The notes beneath the pieces are model-generated. The model saw only the letters and a program-made list of their open reading frames with translations. It did no database searches and was not told the origin of the DNA. The position numbers were made by a program, and so were the translations under genes. DNA of 64,000 nucleotides from a virus (taxonomy: Duplodnaviria > Caudoviricetes), in IMG/VR virus record IMGVR_UViG_3300028533_000217, positions 34,307 through 98,306 of that record, one strand, 5' to 3'. This document shows, one piece after another, positions 27,993-38,834 of this stretch (position 1 is its first letter; each line of letters opens with the position of its first letter).

Positions 27993-30608
27993 ATGAAGAT
28001 AACTTATCTTAGATTAGATAATTTCATAAATGTAAAAGCAGGAATGAAGAGAACTAAAGTTGAAATAGATTTTTCCAGTAGTAAAAACAATCTAGTTTTG
28101 TTATGTGGACCTAATGGTTCAGGTAAAACAAGTCTATTGTCGGAAATGCATCCGTTTGCTAATAGTGGAAATATGGATGTTAGAGGAGAAACTAATCTTA
28201 TAATAGAAGGTAAAGATGGTTATAAAGAAATTCATATATCAGATAAAGATGATATGTATATTATAAAGCATCATTATATGTTTTCAAAGAAAAACAAATC
28301 AGTTAAATCTTTCATAACTAAAAACGGAAAAGAATTAAATCCTAACGGAAACGTTAAATCATTTAAAGAAGCTGTGAATGAACATTTAGGAATAGATCAT
28401 GAGTTATTAAAACTTATGAGATTAGGAAGTAATGTAACCAGCCTTATTAACATGAAATCAACTAACAGGAAGAATTTTGCAACTAAATTATTTTCTGATA
28501 TTGAAGTATATAATGGATTTTATAAAAAAGTCTCAGAGGAATATAGGAATATAAGAGCAGTTATGAAAAGCACTGCTGATAAAATAAGTAAATATAACAT
28601 ACAAGACGAAGATGAATTTGATAAGCAGATTTATTTAACACAACAGGATGTTTATTTATACACAACAGAAAAAGAAAAGTTACAAAAAGACATAATATTA
28701 TTAGAGAATCAATTAAAAGAAACAAAAATAGATGATGAGGAGTTAGTCTATAATTCTTTCAATTTATTGAAAAAAGAAATTGATTCTGCTAATGAATTAT
28801 TAGAGCTGGTTAGAGATATTAATATGAGTAAAGATGAATATGAATTGCAATATGAAAAGAATAAACAACAACTAGAACTAACCTTAATGAGTTATAAAAG
28901 TAACATCGAAAAAGCTATAAGTGAAAGAGATATCTATTTTAATCAACGACAGGACTTAGAAGAATCTCTTAAAAGAGCTGCTTCACCTGAAAGAATTAAG
29001 AACTTGAAAAGCACGATTTCAGAATATAAACACAACATAGATATATTAGAAAAAGAGTTAAAAAATAGTAATAAATATAATAAAACGGTTTTATTATTAT
29101 TAAAAGATCATTGCCAGAAAACTTTAGATTATATTAGAGAACTAGAAATATACAGTGATAGTGATATTAAAAGAATAATGGAAAGTGTTATGGATAATGA
29201 CGATTTGATGAAAAGACTTGAGACTAAGAATATAAGTAACAAAGAAACTTATGATATATTAAATGCTGAAATTATTAATATTGAAAAAATGAATATAGAT
29301 TTCGATATTGACTTAGGGGATGACAATTGCACAAAAGATTGTCCATATAAGAAATTCTATCTACAAACAGTAGGGAAAAGAAACAACTTAGAAAAATATA
29401 TAGAAGAAAGAAATAAGATTAACAAAGAAATCCTTAGATACGAAGATTTATACAACCTTTATAATAATATAGTTTTTATAAAAAATCATATATTATCTTA
29501 CGAACATGAATATCAAATTCCTATAGAATACGATTACGCTTATTGTTTTTCAAATTATATAATGAATAAATCAGTAATAAACATAAATCTTTTAAATTTA
29601 TCAATAGACGATGCTGAGAAATTTGAGATGCTTGAAAAATATAAAAAAGATTTAGAAAACTTTGAAAAAGAATATAATTTAATAAAATCATCTGGATTAG
29701 ATATTATAGAAATAGAAAATAAAATATTGGATATCAATAATATTATAAAAGAGAAGGATGATATAATTCGTATCAATGGAATAATGAGGGATGAAGTTGA
29801 AGAAATTTTAGCTAACAATGATAAACAAGTACAACAAATATTAAAAGCCTTAGGGGTTAGAGATTCGTTTAATGATATGAATGAAGAACTTAATAGATTG
29901 TCAGATAGGATAAATGAAATAGAAAACATTAAAATCCAAAGAAATAATTGTCTCAACACACTTGAATCTGACAAGAGTGAATTAAGAAGAGTATCTGGGT
30001 TTATAGAGTCGTTAACTACAAAAGTAAATCAGTTAATGTTTAATAAAGAAACGTATAATAAACTAGTTACAGAGTATAATGCATTAAAAATATTATTCGA
30101 AGATGCTGATGCTATAAAAGAAGCTCTGAACGCTTCTAAAGGTATACCTTTAATATTCTTACAAGTATATCTTAAAAACTGTCCGATAATGATGAATAAC
30201 CTATTAAATACAATTTATAATGGCGAGTTACAAATAGAAGGATTCTTAATAGATGAGAATGAATTCAGAATACCATTTATAAAATCAGGAATAAAAGTTC
30301 CAGATATAGTTATGGCTAGTCAAGGTGAATCTAGTTTTATATCAATAGTATTAAGTCTATCTTTGATAATACAAAGTATGACTAAATATGATATAATATG
30401 TTTAGATGAATTAGATGGACCATTAGATACAAAGAACAGAGAAGAATTTATAAGAGTGTTATATGAATTTATAAGACAAACAGGAAGTGAACAAATTTTC
30501 CTTATCTCACACAATAATGTATTTGATAATGAATGCGTTGATTTAATTTTAACTGGTGATGTTGATATAGAGAACTTTAAATTTGGAAATGTTTTATTCA
30601 GACCTTAG
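27993..30608 (+). CDS. sbcC: SbcC/Rad50-like SMC ATPase
   Basis: Walker A GPNGSGKT, coiled coils with central C...CP hook, signature SQGE, Walker B LDELDGPLD, ISH. Confidence 0.92.
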   Translation: MKITYLRLDNFINVKAGMKRTKVEIDFSSSKNNLVLLCGPNGSGKTSLLSEMHPFANSGNMDVRGETNLIIEGKDGYKEIHISDKDDMYIIKHHYMFSKKNKSVKSFITKNGKELNPNGNVKSFKEAVNEHLGIDHELLKLMRLGSNVTSLINMKSTNRKNFATKLFSDIEVYNGFYKKVSEEYRNIRAVMKSTADKISKYNIQDEDEFDKQIYLTQQDVYLYTTEKEKLQKDIILLENQLKETKIDDEELVYNSFNLLKKEIDSANELLELVRDINMSKDEYELQYEKNKQQLELTLMSYKSNIEKAISERDIYFNQRQDLEESLKRAASPERIKNLKSTISEYKHNIDILEKELKNSNKYNKTVLLLLKDHCQKTLDYIRELEIYSDSDIKRIMESVMDNDDLMKRLETKNISNKETYDILNAEIINIEKMNIDFDIDLGDDNCTKDCPYKKFYLQTVGKRNNLEKYIEERNKINKEILRYEDLYNLYNNIVFIKNHILSYEHEYQIPIEYDYAYCFSNYIMNKSVININLLNLSIDDAEKFEMLEKYKKDLENFEKEYNLIKSSGLDIIEIENKILDINNIIKEKDDIIRINGIMRDEVEEILANNDKQVQQILKALGVRDSFNDMNEELNRLSDRINEIENIKIQRNNCLNTLESDKSELRRVSGFIESLTTKVNQLMFNKETYNKLVTEYNALKILFEDADAIKEALNASKGIPLIFLQVYLKNCPIMMNNLLNTIYNGELQIEGFLIDENEFRIPFIKSGIKVPDIVMASQGESSFISIVLSLSLIIQSMTKYDIICLDELDGPLDTKNREEFIRVLYEFIRQTGSEQIFLISHNNVFDNECVDLILTGDVDIENFKFGNVLFRP

Positions 30609-30650
30609 TGTAATAAGGTCTGATATCAATTATATATTATATAATTGATA
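30609..30650 (+). promoter_or_regulatory. Putative early promoter
   Basis: TGTAA..ATCAATTATATATTATATAATTGATA. Confidence 0.7.
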
Positions 30651-30678
30651 ATAAAATTATATATTCAGGAGGGGACGT

Positions 30679-31125
30679 ATGAAAAGAAAATATTATGAGG
30701 AATTAGCTGAAAAATTGTTCGAAATATTAGAATATGAAGATAGACCGTATAACGTTTGTGAAGAATTATTAATGATGTATGGAAAAAGATATAACGGTAG
30801 ATTGTATCATGGCTCATACGGCAATACAAAAGAAGAAGTATTAAATAGTTACAAAGGATTAATTTCATGTACGTATGATTTAGATGTTGCTGAAGGATTT
30901 GCATGTCACGTATCTGAAGACACCTTCGGTGCAATATTCACATTTAAAATGGAAGATACCTTCGCATTAGACGTCCAACAGTTAATTCAAGATTGTTATT
31001 CCCACTGTCCGGATAATGAATTATGTCAATATTTATATAATGGATTTAATGGAGAGAATGAAATGCTTTTATATTATGAAGATATAAAAGATGGTATAGA
31101 ATTTTTAAATGAAGAAGATGAATAG
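30679..31125 (+). CDS. Putative ADP-ribosyltransferase-fold protein
   Basis: LYHG, ISCTYDLDVAEGFA, GENEMLL match the ART three-motif layout (Y[R/H]G; SxT/S....A..F; ExE). Confidence 0.55.
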   Translation: MKRKYYEELAEKLFEILEYEDRPYNVCEELLMMYGKRYNGRLYHGSYGNTKEEVLNSYKGLISCTYDLDVAEGFACHVSEDTFGAIFTFKMEDTFALDVQQLIQDCYSHCPDNELCQYLYNGFNGENEMLLYYEDIKDGIEFLNEEDE

Positions 31126-31134
31126 GAAATATCC

Positions 31135-31686
31135 CTATTCATCTTCTTTTTTTATTAAACTTAACAATCTACCCACATCATCAGGCATATGTCCATCATA
31201 CATCGGAGCCTCTTCCAATTCTGGAACATCAAATGTATCCCACCAATCTTTATGACAATGATAAGAATATTGTCCTTCAGGTGTGTTTATTCCTACTATA
31301 AAATAGTCTTCATACATTGGAAAATCTTCTTCATGATGATGATTCCAGCTTTTCCATGATATATCTTTATGCATATTACATATTGTTGCAAATAACATAG
31401 AACGTTGCATATATAAATCATTAAAACTATGTGAACCATCGCTTATTTCTCCAATACTATTTACATGAAATATATAACTGTGATACTGTTTATTTTCAGA
31501 ATAAGCATATATAATATCTAATAGTTTTTTCCATATATCTATTTGAACATTCATTTTATCACAGTCAACTTTTTTCATATAATAGGTTCTTTTATCTTTA
31601 TCAAGTTTTTTCATTATTTTATTTATCTGACCTACAAGATAGACTTGATCCACTATATCTAGTTTCATATCCTTCATATACCACAT
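31135..31686 (-). CDS. Conserved phage protein (DGxH..ELY..R / GQ.SYH / xDGH type)
   Basis: SDGSHSFNDLYMQR, FIVGINTPEGQYSYH, APMYDGH. Confidence 0.65.
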   Translation of the reverse strand: MWYMKDMKLDIVDQVYLVGQINKIMKKLDKDKRTYYMKKVDCDKMNVQIDIWKKLLDIIYAYSENKQYHSYIFHVNSIGEISDGSHSFNDLYMQRSMLFATICNMHKDISWKSWNHHHEEDFPMYEDYFIVGINTPEGQYSYHCHKDWWDTFDVPELEEAPMYDGHMPDDVGRLLSLIKKEDE

Positions 31687-31690
31687 CTCC

Positions 31691-31765
31691 TTATTTTTTT
31701 CTTAAATAAATATTTACACCTATTAAAACTATAACTAAAAGAACGTACAACATTCCCAGATTCAT
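31691..31765 (-). CDS. 24-aa single-TM micropeptide (not in ORF track)
   Basis: RBS aaggagg; MNLGMLYVLLVIVLIGVNIYLRKK. Confidence 0.55.
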   Translation of the reverse strand: MNLGMLYVLLVIVLIGVNIYLRKK

Positions 31766-31778
31766 AATCTTATCCTCC

Positions 31779-32780
31779 TTAACAGAATTTTTCAATAACT
31801 TTATAAGAGCGACCGTAAGCATCAGTCATATAGTTACCATCAGCAGAAAATTTACATTTACCTAATGATTTACGATCCGGTACCGGATATCCTAAAATTC
31901 TCTGCTCATCTTTATCAACTGCTATGATTTCCCATGTATTATCAACAGCACTTCTAAGCACTCTTAATTCCGGTTTTAAGTTTTCATAAATGATATATTT
32001 ATCAGCTTCTTCACTTCGTATGAATCCTTCATTTTCTAACCTATCGTTTATCTTATCATGTAACGCATCTTGAGCATCCGGTAAAGCATTTGCATATTCT
32101 ATATCATCATCATTAGAATATTCATTACTTGATAAATGGAAATCAGGATCACCATTTAATGCTGAAACAAAGTTATTTCTACCAACACCCATTATATCTT
32201 GGAAGAAACTATTTGCATTACCCTCAAGTGTTCCATTATCTCCCATTTTAGCATATTTACTGTCAGCTTTAATTTTAAGCTCTTGTATATTCTTCTTAAG
32301 AGAATTTATCTCCTTTATTATTTGCAATTTATTTGTAGATGAAGCTATTATAGATTCTATCAAATCGTTTGTATATTTCGACGTTCCTTTTGCTTTACTA
32401 CCTTCAATAGAATCGTATTTTTTTGTTAATTTTTTACTAAACTTATTAGATTCTTCTAATAAATCATATAACATAGCAAGTTCTTCTGCGAATTCTTTTT
32501 TAAATTCATTCTCATCTTCTTTATATTTATCATAAGATTTTTTACCCTTACGAGAATATTTATCTAATGGCTCCTCTATATATTCTCCATTATCCCAATT
32601 ATCAATTGCTTGATAGAAGTCCATAGATTCATCAAACTCTGGGATAATATCCATAGGATCGGGATTATCTAAATCAGCCATGAGTTGCTCATATTCTCCT
32701 ATAACATCAAAATCTTCTGGCATTGAGAAGTCTGATTTATCTTCCCAATTTTCATCGTTTAGATTATTAAACATATCCAT
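31779..32780 (-). CDS. Hypothetical coiled-coil protein
   Basis: 333-aa ORF with RBS. Confidence 0.7.
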   Translation of the reverse strand: MDMFNNLNDENWEDKSDFSMPEDFDVIGEYEQLMADLDNPDPMDIIPEFDESMDFYQAIDNWDNGEYIEEPLDKYSRKGKKSYDKYKEDENEFKKEFAEELAMLYDLLEESNKFSKKLTKKYDSIEGSKAKGTSKYTNDLIESIIASSTNKLQIIKEINSLKKNIQELKIKADSKYAKMGDNGTLEGNANSFFQDIMGVGRNNFVSALNGDPDFHLSSNEYSNDDDIEYANALPDAQDALHDKINDRLENEGFIRSEEADKYIIYENLKPELRVLRSAVDNTWEIIAVDKDEQRILGYPVPDRKSLGKCKFSADGNYMTDAYGRSYKVIEKFC

Positions 32781-32806
32781 ATATAATCATTCCTCCTATT
32801 TAGTTT

Positions 32807-33346
32807 TTAGAAAAATACATTTTCATCGTAATAATTTAAGATTGCATCATGATAATATATTATATCATCTAGGCTTAATGGTGTAAAGTTATGAGCATCT
32901 GCACTTACACATAATCCATAACGTTTAACCATGCAAAGTTTGTGTATATGACCAAAACAAACTAAATTTGTTTCACTTATAACCTTGTCTCTAACTCTAG
33001 ATGGTTCATGAGCCATAGATATGTGATATTCTTTCCCTTTATATTTAACATCTATCTCATGAATATAATCATATATCTCTTCATACTGGTCCTCATGACC
33101 GTCTAATAATTCATGTCTTTCTCTTTCATAATTTCCTTTGATCAATATTTTTTTACCATTAAGCAATGGTAATATATCCATATACCCAACATCACCTAAT
33201 ATATAAACCGTATCGTTTGGTTTAACAACACTGTTCCAATTCATTAACATAACTAGATCCATTTCCTTAACATTCTTAAAAGGTCTTCTACTCATCTCTA
33301 ATGTTCTTTGTTGAGAAAAATGACAATCTGCTATAAAATACAACAT
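32807..33346 (-). CDS. Calcineurin-like metallophosphoesterase
   Basis: ADCHF, LGDV, KGNYE, HEP, GHIH; likely start MLYFIAD after ggagg. Confidence 0.88.
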   Translation of the reverse strand: MLYFIADCHFSQQRTLEMSRRPFKNVKEMDLVMLMNWNSVVKPNDTVYILGDVGYMDILPLLNGKKILIKGNYERERHELLDGHEDQYEEIYDYIHEIDVKYKGKEYHISMAHEPSRVRDKVISETNLVCFGHIHKLCMVKRYGLCVSADAHNFTPLSLDDIIYYHDAILNYYDENVFF

Positions 33347-33523
33347 GACAATAACCTCCAATAAAGTGTAATCAGTTATTATATTGTCGTCCTCCTTATA
33401 TTTTTTAAAATATAAAACATATAGATAAATAATTAGATTATCCATATATAAACAAATACACTAGGGTTAATATGATATGAGAATATGACTTCCTCATATC
33501 ATATTAATTCTTATTTCATCTTT

Positions 33524-33535
33524 AACAAATTTATA
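33524..33535 (+). promoter_or_regulatory. Late promoter AACA-N6-TA
   Basis: AACA aattta TA. Confidence 0.6.
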
Positions 33536-33576
33536 TTAATTGAAAATTAATTTGAATAATAAGGAGGTATATTTAT

Positions 33577-35373
33577 ATGGAATTTTTACAATTAAAAGAA
33601 ACTAGAAAAGAAGATGTTATGCTAATAAACATAATTTACAATCAACCAAGTGCACAAACAAATTGGGTAGATAGTATAGACGTTATATATAAAGATTTAA
33701 GTACGGGTAAAAAATATTTAGAAACTATAATAAATCCTAATATGGATGTATATTTCACAAAACCTGAATATAGAACATATGAACATCCTAAATTCACATT
33801 ACCAGTAGAGCAATGTGAAATTAAAAATATAAGCTGTAAACATGCGACTAGAGATATAGCCAAAATAGCGGGTGGTAAATATGAAGAATATTATAAATGT
33901 TGTATTCAAGCAAAAAATAGAAAAGCTATGAAAAATCTTCATAAATATCCATATGTATTAGCAAGTGATTATGACCCTGAGTCATATTATAGAATACAAT
34001 TTTCTTGTCATTATTTAAATGATAAACCTAAACAAGTTACGAAGCTATATTCAGATATAGAGGTTGACGGTATAAATGTAGAAGGTTTCGTTACAGACGG
34101 AGTTGCACCTATAAATGCAATAACTTTAATAGATGAAAAAACTAGAAAATGTTATACATTTGCTTTAAGAAATGAAAAGAATCCTCAAATACAAGAACTT
34201 GAAGATAATTTAGATTTATTTAAACAGGAATGTCATAATATGTTCGATGACTCATATGGTGAGTTTGAATATATTATAGTATTTTATGATGAAAAAGATG
34301 AACTATTAATGTTAAAAGATTATTTTAAATTAATTCATACGTTGAAGAGAGATTTTATAATGTTTTGGAATATGAACTTCGACGCAAATTATTTAATGGA
34401 TAGAATATCTGAATTAGGTGAAAATCCTGCAGATATAATGTGTCATCCAGATTTTCCAGTTAAAAGATGTTATTATTATGCAGATAAGAAAAACTTTGCG
34501 ATGAAAATGAAGAAAGACTGGTTTACAATTTCAGATTATACAGTATGGGTTGACGACTGTATATTATACGCGCAAATAAGAAAAGGTCAATCAGAATTGG
34601 GTTCTGTTAAGTTGAATATAATCGGACAAAAAGAACTTGGAGATGAAAAATTAGATTATAGTGAAGAAGCAAATATCAAAACGTTACCGTATGTAAATTA
34701 TAAAAAATTCTTATTATATAATATAAAAGACGTTTTATTACAATACGGTATAGAAAGAAAAACAAGTGATTTAGATAACTTATATACAAGAAGTATATTA
34801 AATAGCGTACCTTATAAAAAAGTTTTCAGTCAAACAGCATTATTAAGAAATAGATGCTATGTCGACTATTTAAAACAAGGTTATGTTATAGGGAACAACA
34901 TAAACTTAGATTACGATAAAGATTGGGATGAGGAGGATGATGATAAAAAAGAAAAATTTGCAGGAGCACTAGTTGGAGACAGTAATCTTAATAGTCTTAA
35001 AAACGGAATGATTGTAAACGGAGTTAAAAATAGATATGTTCGTAAATATGTAATAGACTTCGATTTTAGTTCGCTTTATCCTTCCATCAAAATAGCTCAC
35101 AACATTGCTCCACATACATTAGTTGGTAAAATATCTTTAAACGAAAAAGTTTATGACAGATATACAGCTTTTGAAATGAACAATGATAAGGGAGATATGT
35201 ATGATTCAGGAAAAGATATAGTAGAAAATATATTATGTCAAAATCCAGTTATGACAGGAGTTAGATGGATGAATTTACCAAATATGATGGAAATATTAGA
35301 AATGGTTGCTAGAGAGTTTGGTAAAGATGTTAGTAAAATAAATCCTGAAGAAAATAAATATAGAAGATCATAG
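33577..35373 (+). CDS. Split family-B DNA polymerase, exonuclease plus motif A subunit
   Basis: ExoI DIEVD, ExoII WNMNFD, ExoIII YNIKD, motif A DFDFSSLYPS; ends before motifs B and C. Confidence 0.9.
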   Translation: MEFLQLKETRKEDVMLINIIYNQPSAQTNWVDSIDVIYKDLSTGKKYLETIINPNMDVYFTKPEYRTYEHPKFTLPVEQCEIKNISCKHATRDIAKIAGGKYEEYYKCCIQAKNRKAMKNLHKYPYVLASDYDPESYYRIQFSCHYLNDKPKQVTKLYSDIEVDGINVEGFVTDGVAPINAITLIDEKTRKCYTFALRNEKNPQIQELEDNLDLFKQECHNMFDDSYGEFEYIIVFYDEKDELLMLKDYFKLIHTLKRDFIMFWNMNFDANYLMDRISELGENPADIMCHPDFPVKRCYYYADKKNFAMKMKKDWFTISDYTVWVDDCILYAQIRKGQSELGSVKLNIIGQKELGDEKLDYSEEANIKTLPYVNYKKFLLYNIKDVLLQYGIERKTSDLDNLYTRSILNSVPYKKVFSQTALLRNRCYVDYLKQGYVIGNNINLDYDKDWDEEDDDKKEKFAGALVGDSNLNSLKNGMIVNGVKNRYVRKYVIDFDFSSLYPSIKIAHNIAPHTLVGKISLNEKVYDRYTAFEMNNDKGDMYDSGKDIVENILCQNPVMTGVRWMNLPNMMEILEMVAREFGKDVSKINPEENKYRRS

Positions 35374-35386
35374 GAGGATAAATTGT

Positions 35387-35707
35387 ATGATAATTATAAC
35401 GGTTTTATGTATAATATTAGTTTTCTTGTTGTTTAAAAAAGAAATGATAATTTTTAAGTATTTAGACAACTTTTTACATGGAGACGACATATCCGAATGC
35501 GAGTATAATGAACAAAAAACAAGAGAAATAAATGAAAAATTGGTAGAAGCAACATGCCCTAACTGTAACAATTATCATCCAAAAAATTATAAGGGTATTT
35601 TAATAGAACCAAGAGGATTAAATTCTGAAATTCATTCAATACATTATAAATGTGATAATTGTGGATTAACATGGATTGTTGGAGGTTATGTTGTAGAAAA
35701 AAAATAA
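35387..35707 (+). CDS. Membrane-anchored Zn-ribbon protein
   Basis: N-terminal TM; CPNC...CDNC. Confidence 0.6.
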   Translation: MIIITVLCIILVFLLFKKEMIIFKYLDNFLHGDDISECEYNEQKTREINEKLVEATCPNCNNYHPKNYKGILIEPRGLNSEIHSIHYKCDNCGLTWIVGGYVVEKK

Positions 35708-35720
35708 GGAGGTAATCTAT

Positions 35721-36386
35721 ATGATAGTTCTATTTGAAGATGAAGGAAAGAAGTTTAAGTCTTCTTTCCTTAAAACTTTAGAAAATAATTTAAAAATATT
35801 GAAATTATTATATGATGAAGTTTATATAAACAGTGAAGGCTTAGCTTATTCTTTAGAAAGTAAATTAGAAAATGGTAGAGTATTTTGCAATACAAATATA
35901 GACGAAGTGTTTAATATAAATAAAGATGAATTGATAAAATTAAATTTAAAAGCTTTGACTGATTGTTTTAAGTTAGGTAAAACTAAGATAATAGGATATG
36001 AGATAGCTAATGACGACATTATATTTAGAACAACTGAAATGGATTATATTGTGGGAACATACGAAAAAGACATGAAGTTGAATATAGATTATTTAAAAGA
36101 AATAGTCGACAATGTAGAATATAAATGTAATTTAAATGAATTGATTGAGAAATTCTCAAATAAAGAATTTATTAATATTAAGAGAAATAATTATGATTTA
36201 ATATTAACACACAAATTATTTCCGGGAATTAATAAATCCAATAATTTTGATTTTAGTGCCAAACCAAATGATAATGGAACATTTTATGGTGTATTTAGAA
36301 ACGTAATTGAAGAAAGAAATAAGAAAGAAGAGATAACATTTGGAATTCAAATAACTTACATTTATAGATTTTTAGATTTAAATTAA
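35721..36386 (+). CDS. Hypothetical protein
   Basis: RBS aaggagg. Confidence 0.65.
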   Translation: MIVLFEDEGKKFKSSFLKTLENNLKILKLLYDEVYINSEGLAYSLESKLENGRVFCNTNIDEVFNINKDELIKLNLKALTDCFKLGKTKIIGYEIANDDIIFRTTEMDYIVGTYEKDMKLNIDYLKEIVDNVEYKCNLNELIEKFSNKEFINIKRNNYDLILTHKLFPGINKSNNFDFSAKPNDNGTFYGVFRNVIEERNKKEEITFGIQITYIYRFLDLN

Positions 36387-36430
36387 AGCCTTAACCTTAG
36401 TTGGTTAAGGTTTATTTTTTCACCTATTGA

Positions 36431-36442
36431 AACAATCACATA
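36431..36442 (+). promoter_or_regulatory. Late promoter AACA-N6-TA
   Basis: AACA atcaca TA. Confidence 0.6.
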
Positions 36443-36480
36443 ATACGGAGGAATAATCTAATTATAAAGGAGTTGAAAAT

Positions 36481-38790
36481 ATGGCTAATAAAAATGATAA
36501 AAAAGAAAAAGAGGAAAAAATAATTAAGCCTAGTAAAGACGAAATTAAGCTTAATGATTTATTCCAAGATTTATATAAAAAAATAGCAATGAATACACAT
36601 GATGTTGACGTTGATAATAATAAAAATGCTATAGATGCGATGTCTGAAAAAATAAAACGTGTCATAGCTGACGATATGGATGAGATGAAAACGTTTGGAG
36701 GAGAGAATGATTTAAGTAGATTCTTAATGAATACTATTCAAAACTCTAATAAACTTTCTAGTTTAATTTCAGATCCAAAGGCAGATGATGCTTTAGAAAA
36801 TCTTTTTTTATCTGGTGAAGGTTCTATATTCGCTACATTTGAAGAAAGGTTTAAAAATAAAGCTTCATTATTTAATGACCTGGAGATAATCAGTGAACAA
36901 TTAGCAGAACTAAACGAGGCTATAAATACTACGAGAGATGATATAGTCTCTTCTGACGATGTAGGTTCTACTATAGCTAGGTCATTAACTTTTACAGTGG
37001 ACGGGGAAGAAGATAATGAAGATGGAAAATATGATGAAATGATAGAAGAAGTAAAAAGACAAGAAAAAGCACATGGGCTTAACTATATGATAAGAGAACA
37101 TATAGTTCCTAAAACTCTCAAATATGGAGAATATTATGTATACATTATTCCTGAAAGTAAATTATATGAAAATGCTCAAAAAAGAAAATTGGAACTTACA
37201 AACGGAGCAGCATTAGAATCAGCTGATGCTCAGATGTTCGTGGAAAGCTTAAAAGTAGATAAATCGTATAAAGATGTTAAACCGGATGATATGATATCAT
37301 ATGTATCAGAAAATATAAAAATAAATAATACTGATATCCCCTTACCTCTTTTAGAAAATAAAAATACAGTTGGTGCCATGCAAGATTTAGCAGCATTTAA
37401 CAATTTATCTAACACGCTTAAAAAATATAAGGGTAAGAAAAATGATAAAACGAACGGTGAAAATAAATATGCTTCATTAGGATTTAGTGATGGGGTTAAA
37501 AGTTTTAAAATGGATGATTGGTCAGGTGTTAAAGGTTGTTATATAAAATTACTCGACCCTAAGAAAGTAATACCCGTAAAATTAATGAATTATACTATAG
37601 GTTATTATTATATACATGATGCTGAATTAGATATAACCAATCATCACCATTGTGCACATGGACATAGATTTACGAATGTAATAGGAACTATGACGGACAA
37701 ATCTGCAAATCAACAGAACTTGATAGCGAATATGGCTAATGCAATAGTTAAGTCATTTGATAAAAAATATCTTAACGATAATTTAGAATTTAAGGAATTA
37801 ATAATAAACTCTCTAGTGTATAATGACATGTATAAAAAGAAATTACATTATCAATTTATACCTGGAGATTATGTTTGTAGATTCTCTGTAAATGAAGATG
37901 AAAATGGTAACGGACAATCTATGTTATATAAATCATTATTTTATGCTAAACTATATTTATCATTATTAGTATTCAACATGGTTACATATCTAACTAAATC
38001 ACAAGATACTATTGTAACCTATGTTAAAACTTCTGGTATAGATAAAAATATGATAAATAAAACTATGGATGTTGCTAGACAATGGAAAGCTAAGCAGATA
38101 GGAATAGGAGACTTAATGGATTATTCATCAATATATGGTAAAATAGGTTCTGGTAGAGACCTATTCATACCTGAAGGTGAATCTGGAGAAAGAGGATTAT
38201 CTTGGGATGTTATACAGGGTCAAGACGTTAATATGCAAAATGAACTAATGGAACAACTTAAAGAAGCATATATAAACTGTACAGGTGTACCTTCAGTAAT
38301 AATGAACTTTGTCAATGAGGCAGACTTTGCTAAGACACTAGTTATGGCAAACGCCAAACAACTTAGAAGAGTTATGATGTATCAAGATAGTTTTAATGAA
38401 GATTTAACTGAAATGTATCAAAAAATACTTTGTTATTGTACTGATATGGAATTAGAAGATATAGCAAATTTTAGATATACACTTCAAAGACCTAAAACTC
38501 TTCCTAACAATAATTTAGTAGATATGTTAGGTTATGGGGATCAAATATTAGACTTTTTAGAAAAATCGGAGTTCGGTCAATATGCTGAAGAAACCGAAGA
38601 TTTAAATAAAGCAAAAGATCTATTCAGACAAGAAATGTCTAGAAAAGTATTACCAATGCTTCCATGGGAAGTTGTAGATGAATTAAAAGAAAAAATAGAC
38701 CTTAAAGTAGTACAACTTAAAGTCGAAAAGGCTAAAGATGACGCAGCACCTTCTGGAAGTGGAGAAGAAGGTGGAGATTCTAATTGGTAG
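36481..38790 (+). CDS. Portal protein
   Basis: 769 aa; LKYGEYYVY, LLDPKKVIP, GQSML, TGVPS motifs typical of T4-like/jumbo portals; lies in the structural cluster. Confidence 0.75.
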   Translation: MANKNDKKEKEEKIIKPSKDEIKLNDLFQDLYKKIAMNTHDVDVDNNKNAIDAMSEKIKRVIADDMDEMKTFGGENDLSRFLMNTIQNSNKLSSLISDPKADDALENLFLSGEGSIFATFEERFKNKASLFNDLEIISEQLAELNEAINTTRDDIVSSDDVGSTIARSLTFTVDGEEDNEDGKYDEMIEEVKRQEKAHGLNYMIREHIVPKTLKYGEYYVYIIPESKLYENAQKRKLELTNGAALESADAQMFVESLKVDKSYKDVKPDDMISYVSENIKINNTDIPLPLLENKNTVGAMQDLAAFNNLSNTLKKYKGKKNDKTNGENKYASLGFSDGVKSFKMDDWSGVKGCYIKLLDPKKVIPVKLMNYTIGYYYIHDAELDITNHHHCAHGHRFTNVIGTMTDKSANQQNLIANMANAIVKSFDKKYLNDNLEFKELIINSLVYNDMYKKKLHYQFIPGDYVCRFSVNEDENGNGQSMLYKSLFYAKLYLSLLVFNMVTYLTKSQDTIVTYVKTSGIDKNMINKTMDVARQWKAKQIGIGDLMDYSSIYGKIGSGRDLFIPEGESGERGLSWDVIQGQDVNMQNELMEQLKEAYINCTGVPSVIMNFVNEADFAKTLVMANAKQLRRVMMYQDSFNEDLTEMYQKILCYCTDMELEDIANFRYTLQRPKTLPNNNLVDMLGYGDQILDFLEKSEFGQYAEETEDLNKAKDLFRQEMSRKVLPMLPWEVVDELKEKIDLKVVQLKVEKAKDDAAPSGSGEEGGDSNW

Positions 38791-38796
38791 AATAAA

Positions 38797-38829
38797 AAAT
38801 AGAATACATCCTAAGGATGTATTCTATTT
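38797..38829. terminator. Bidirectional terminator between convergent portal and tube genes
   Basis: aaatagaatacatcc-taa-ggatgtattctattt. Confidence 0.75.
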
Positions 38830-38834
38830 GTTTT

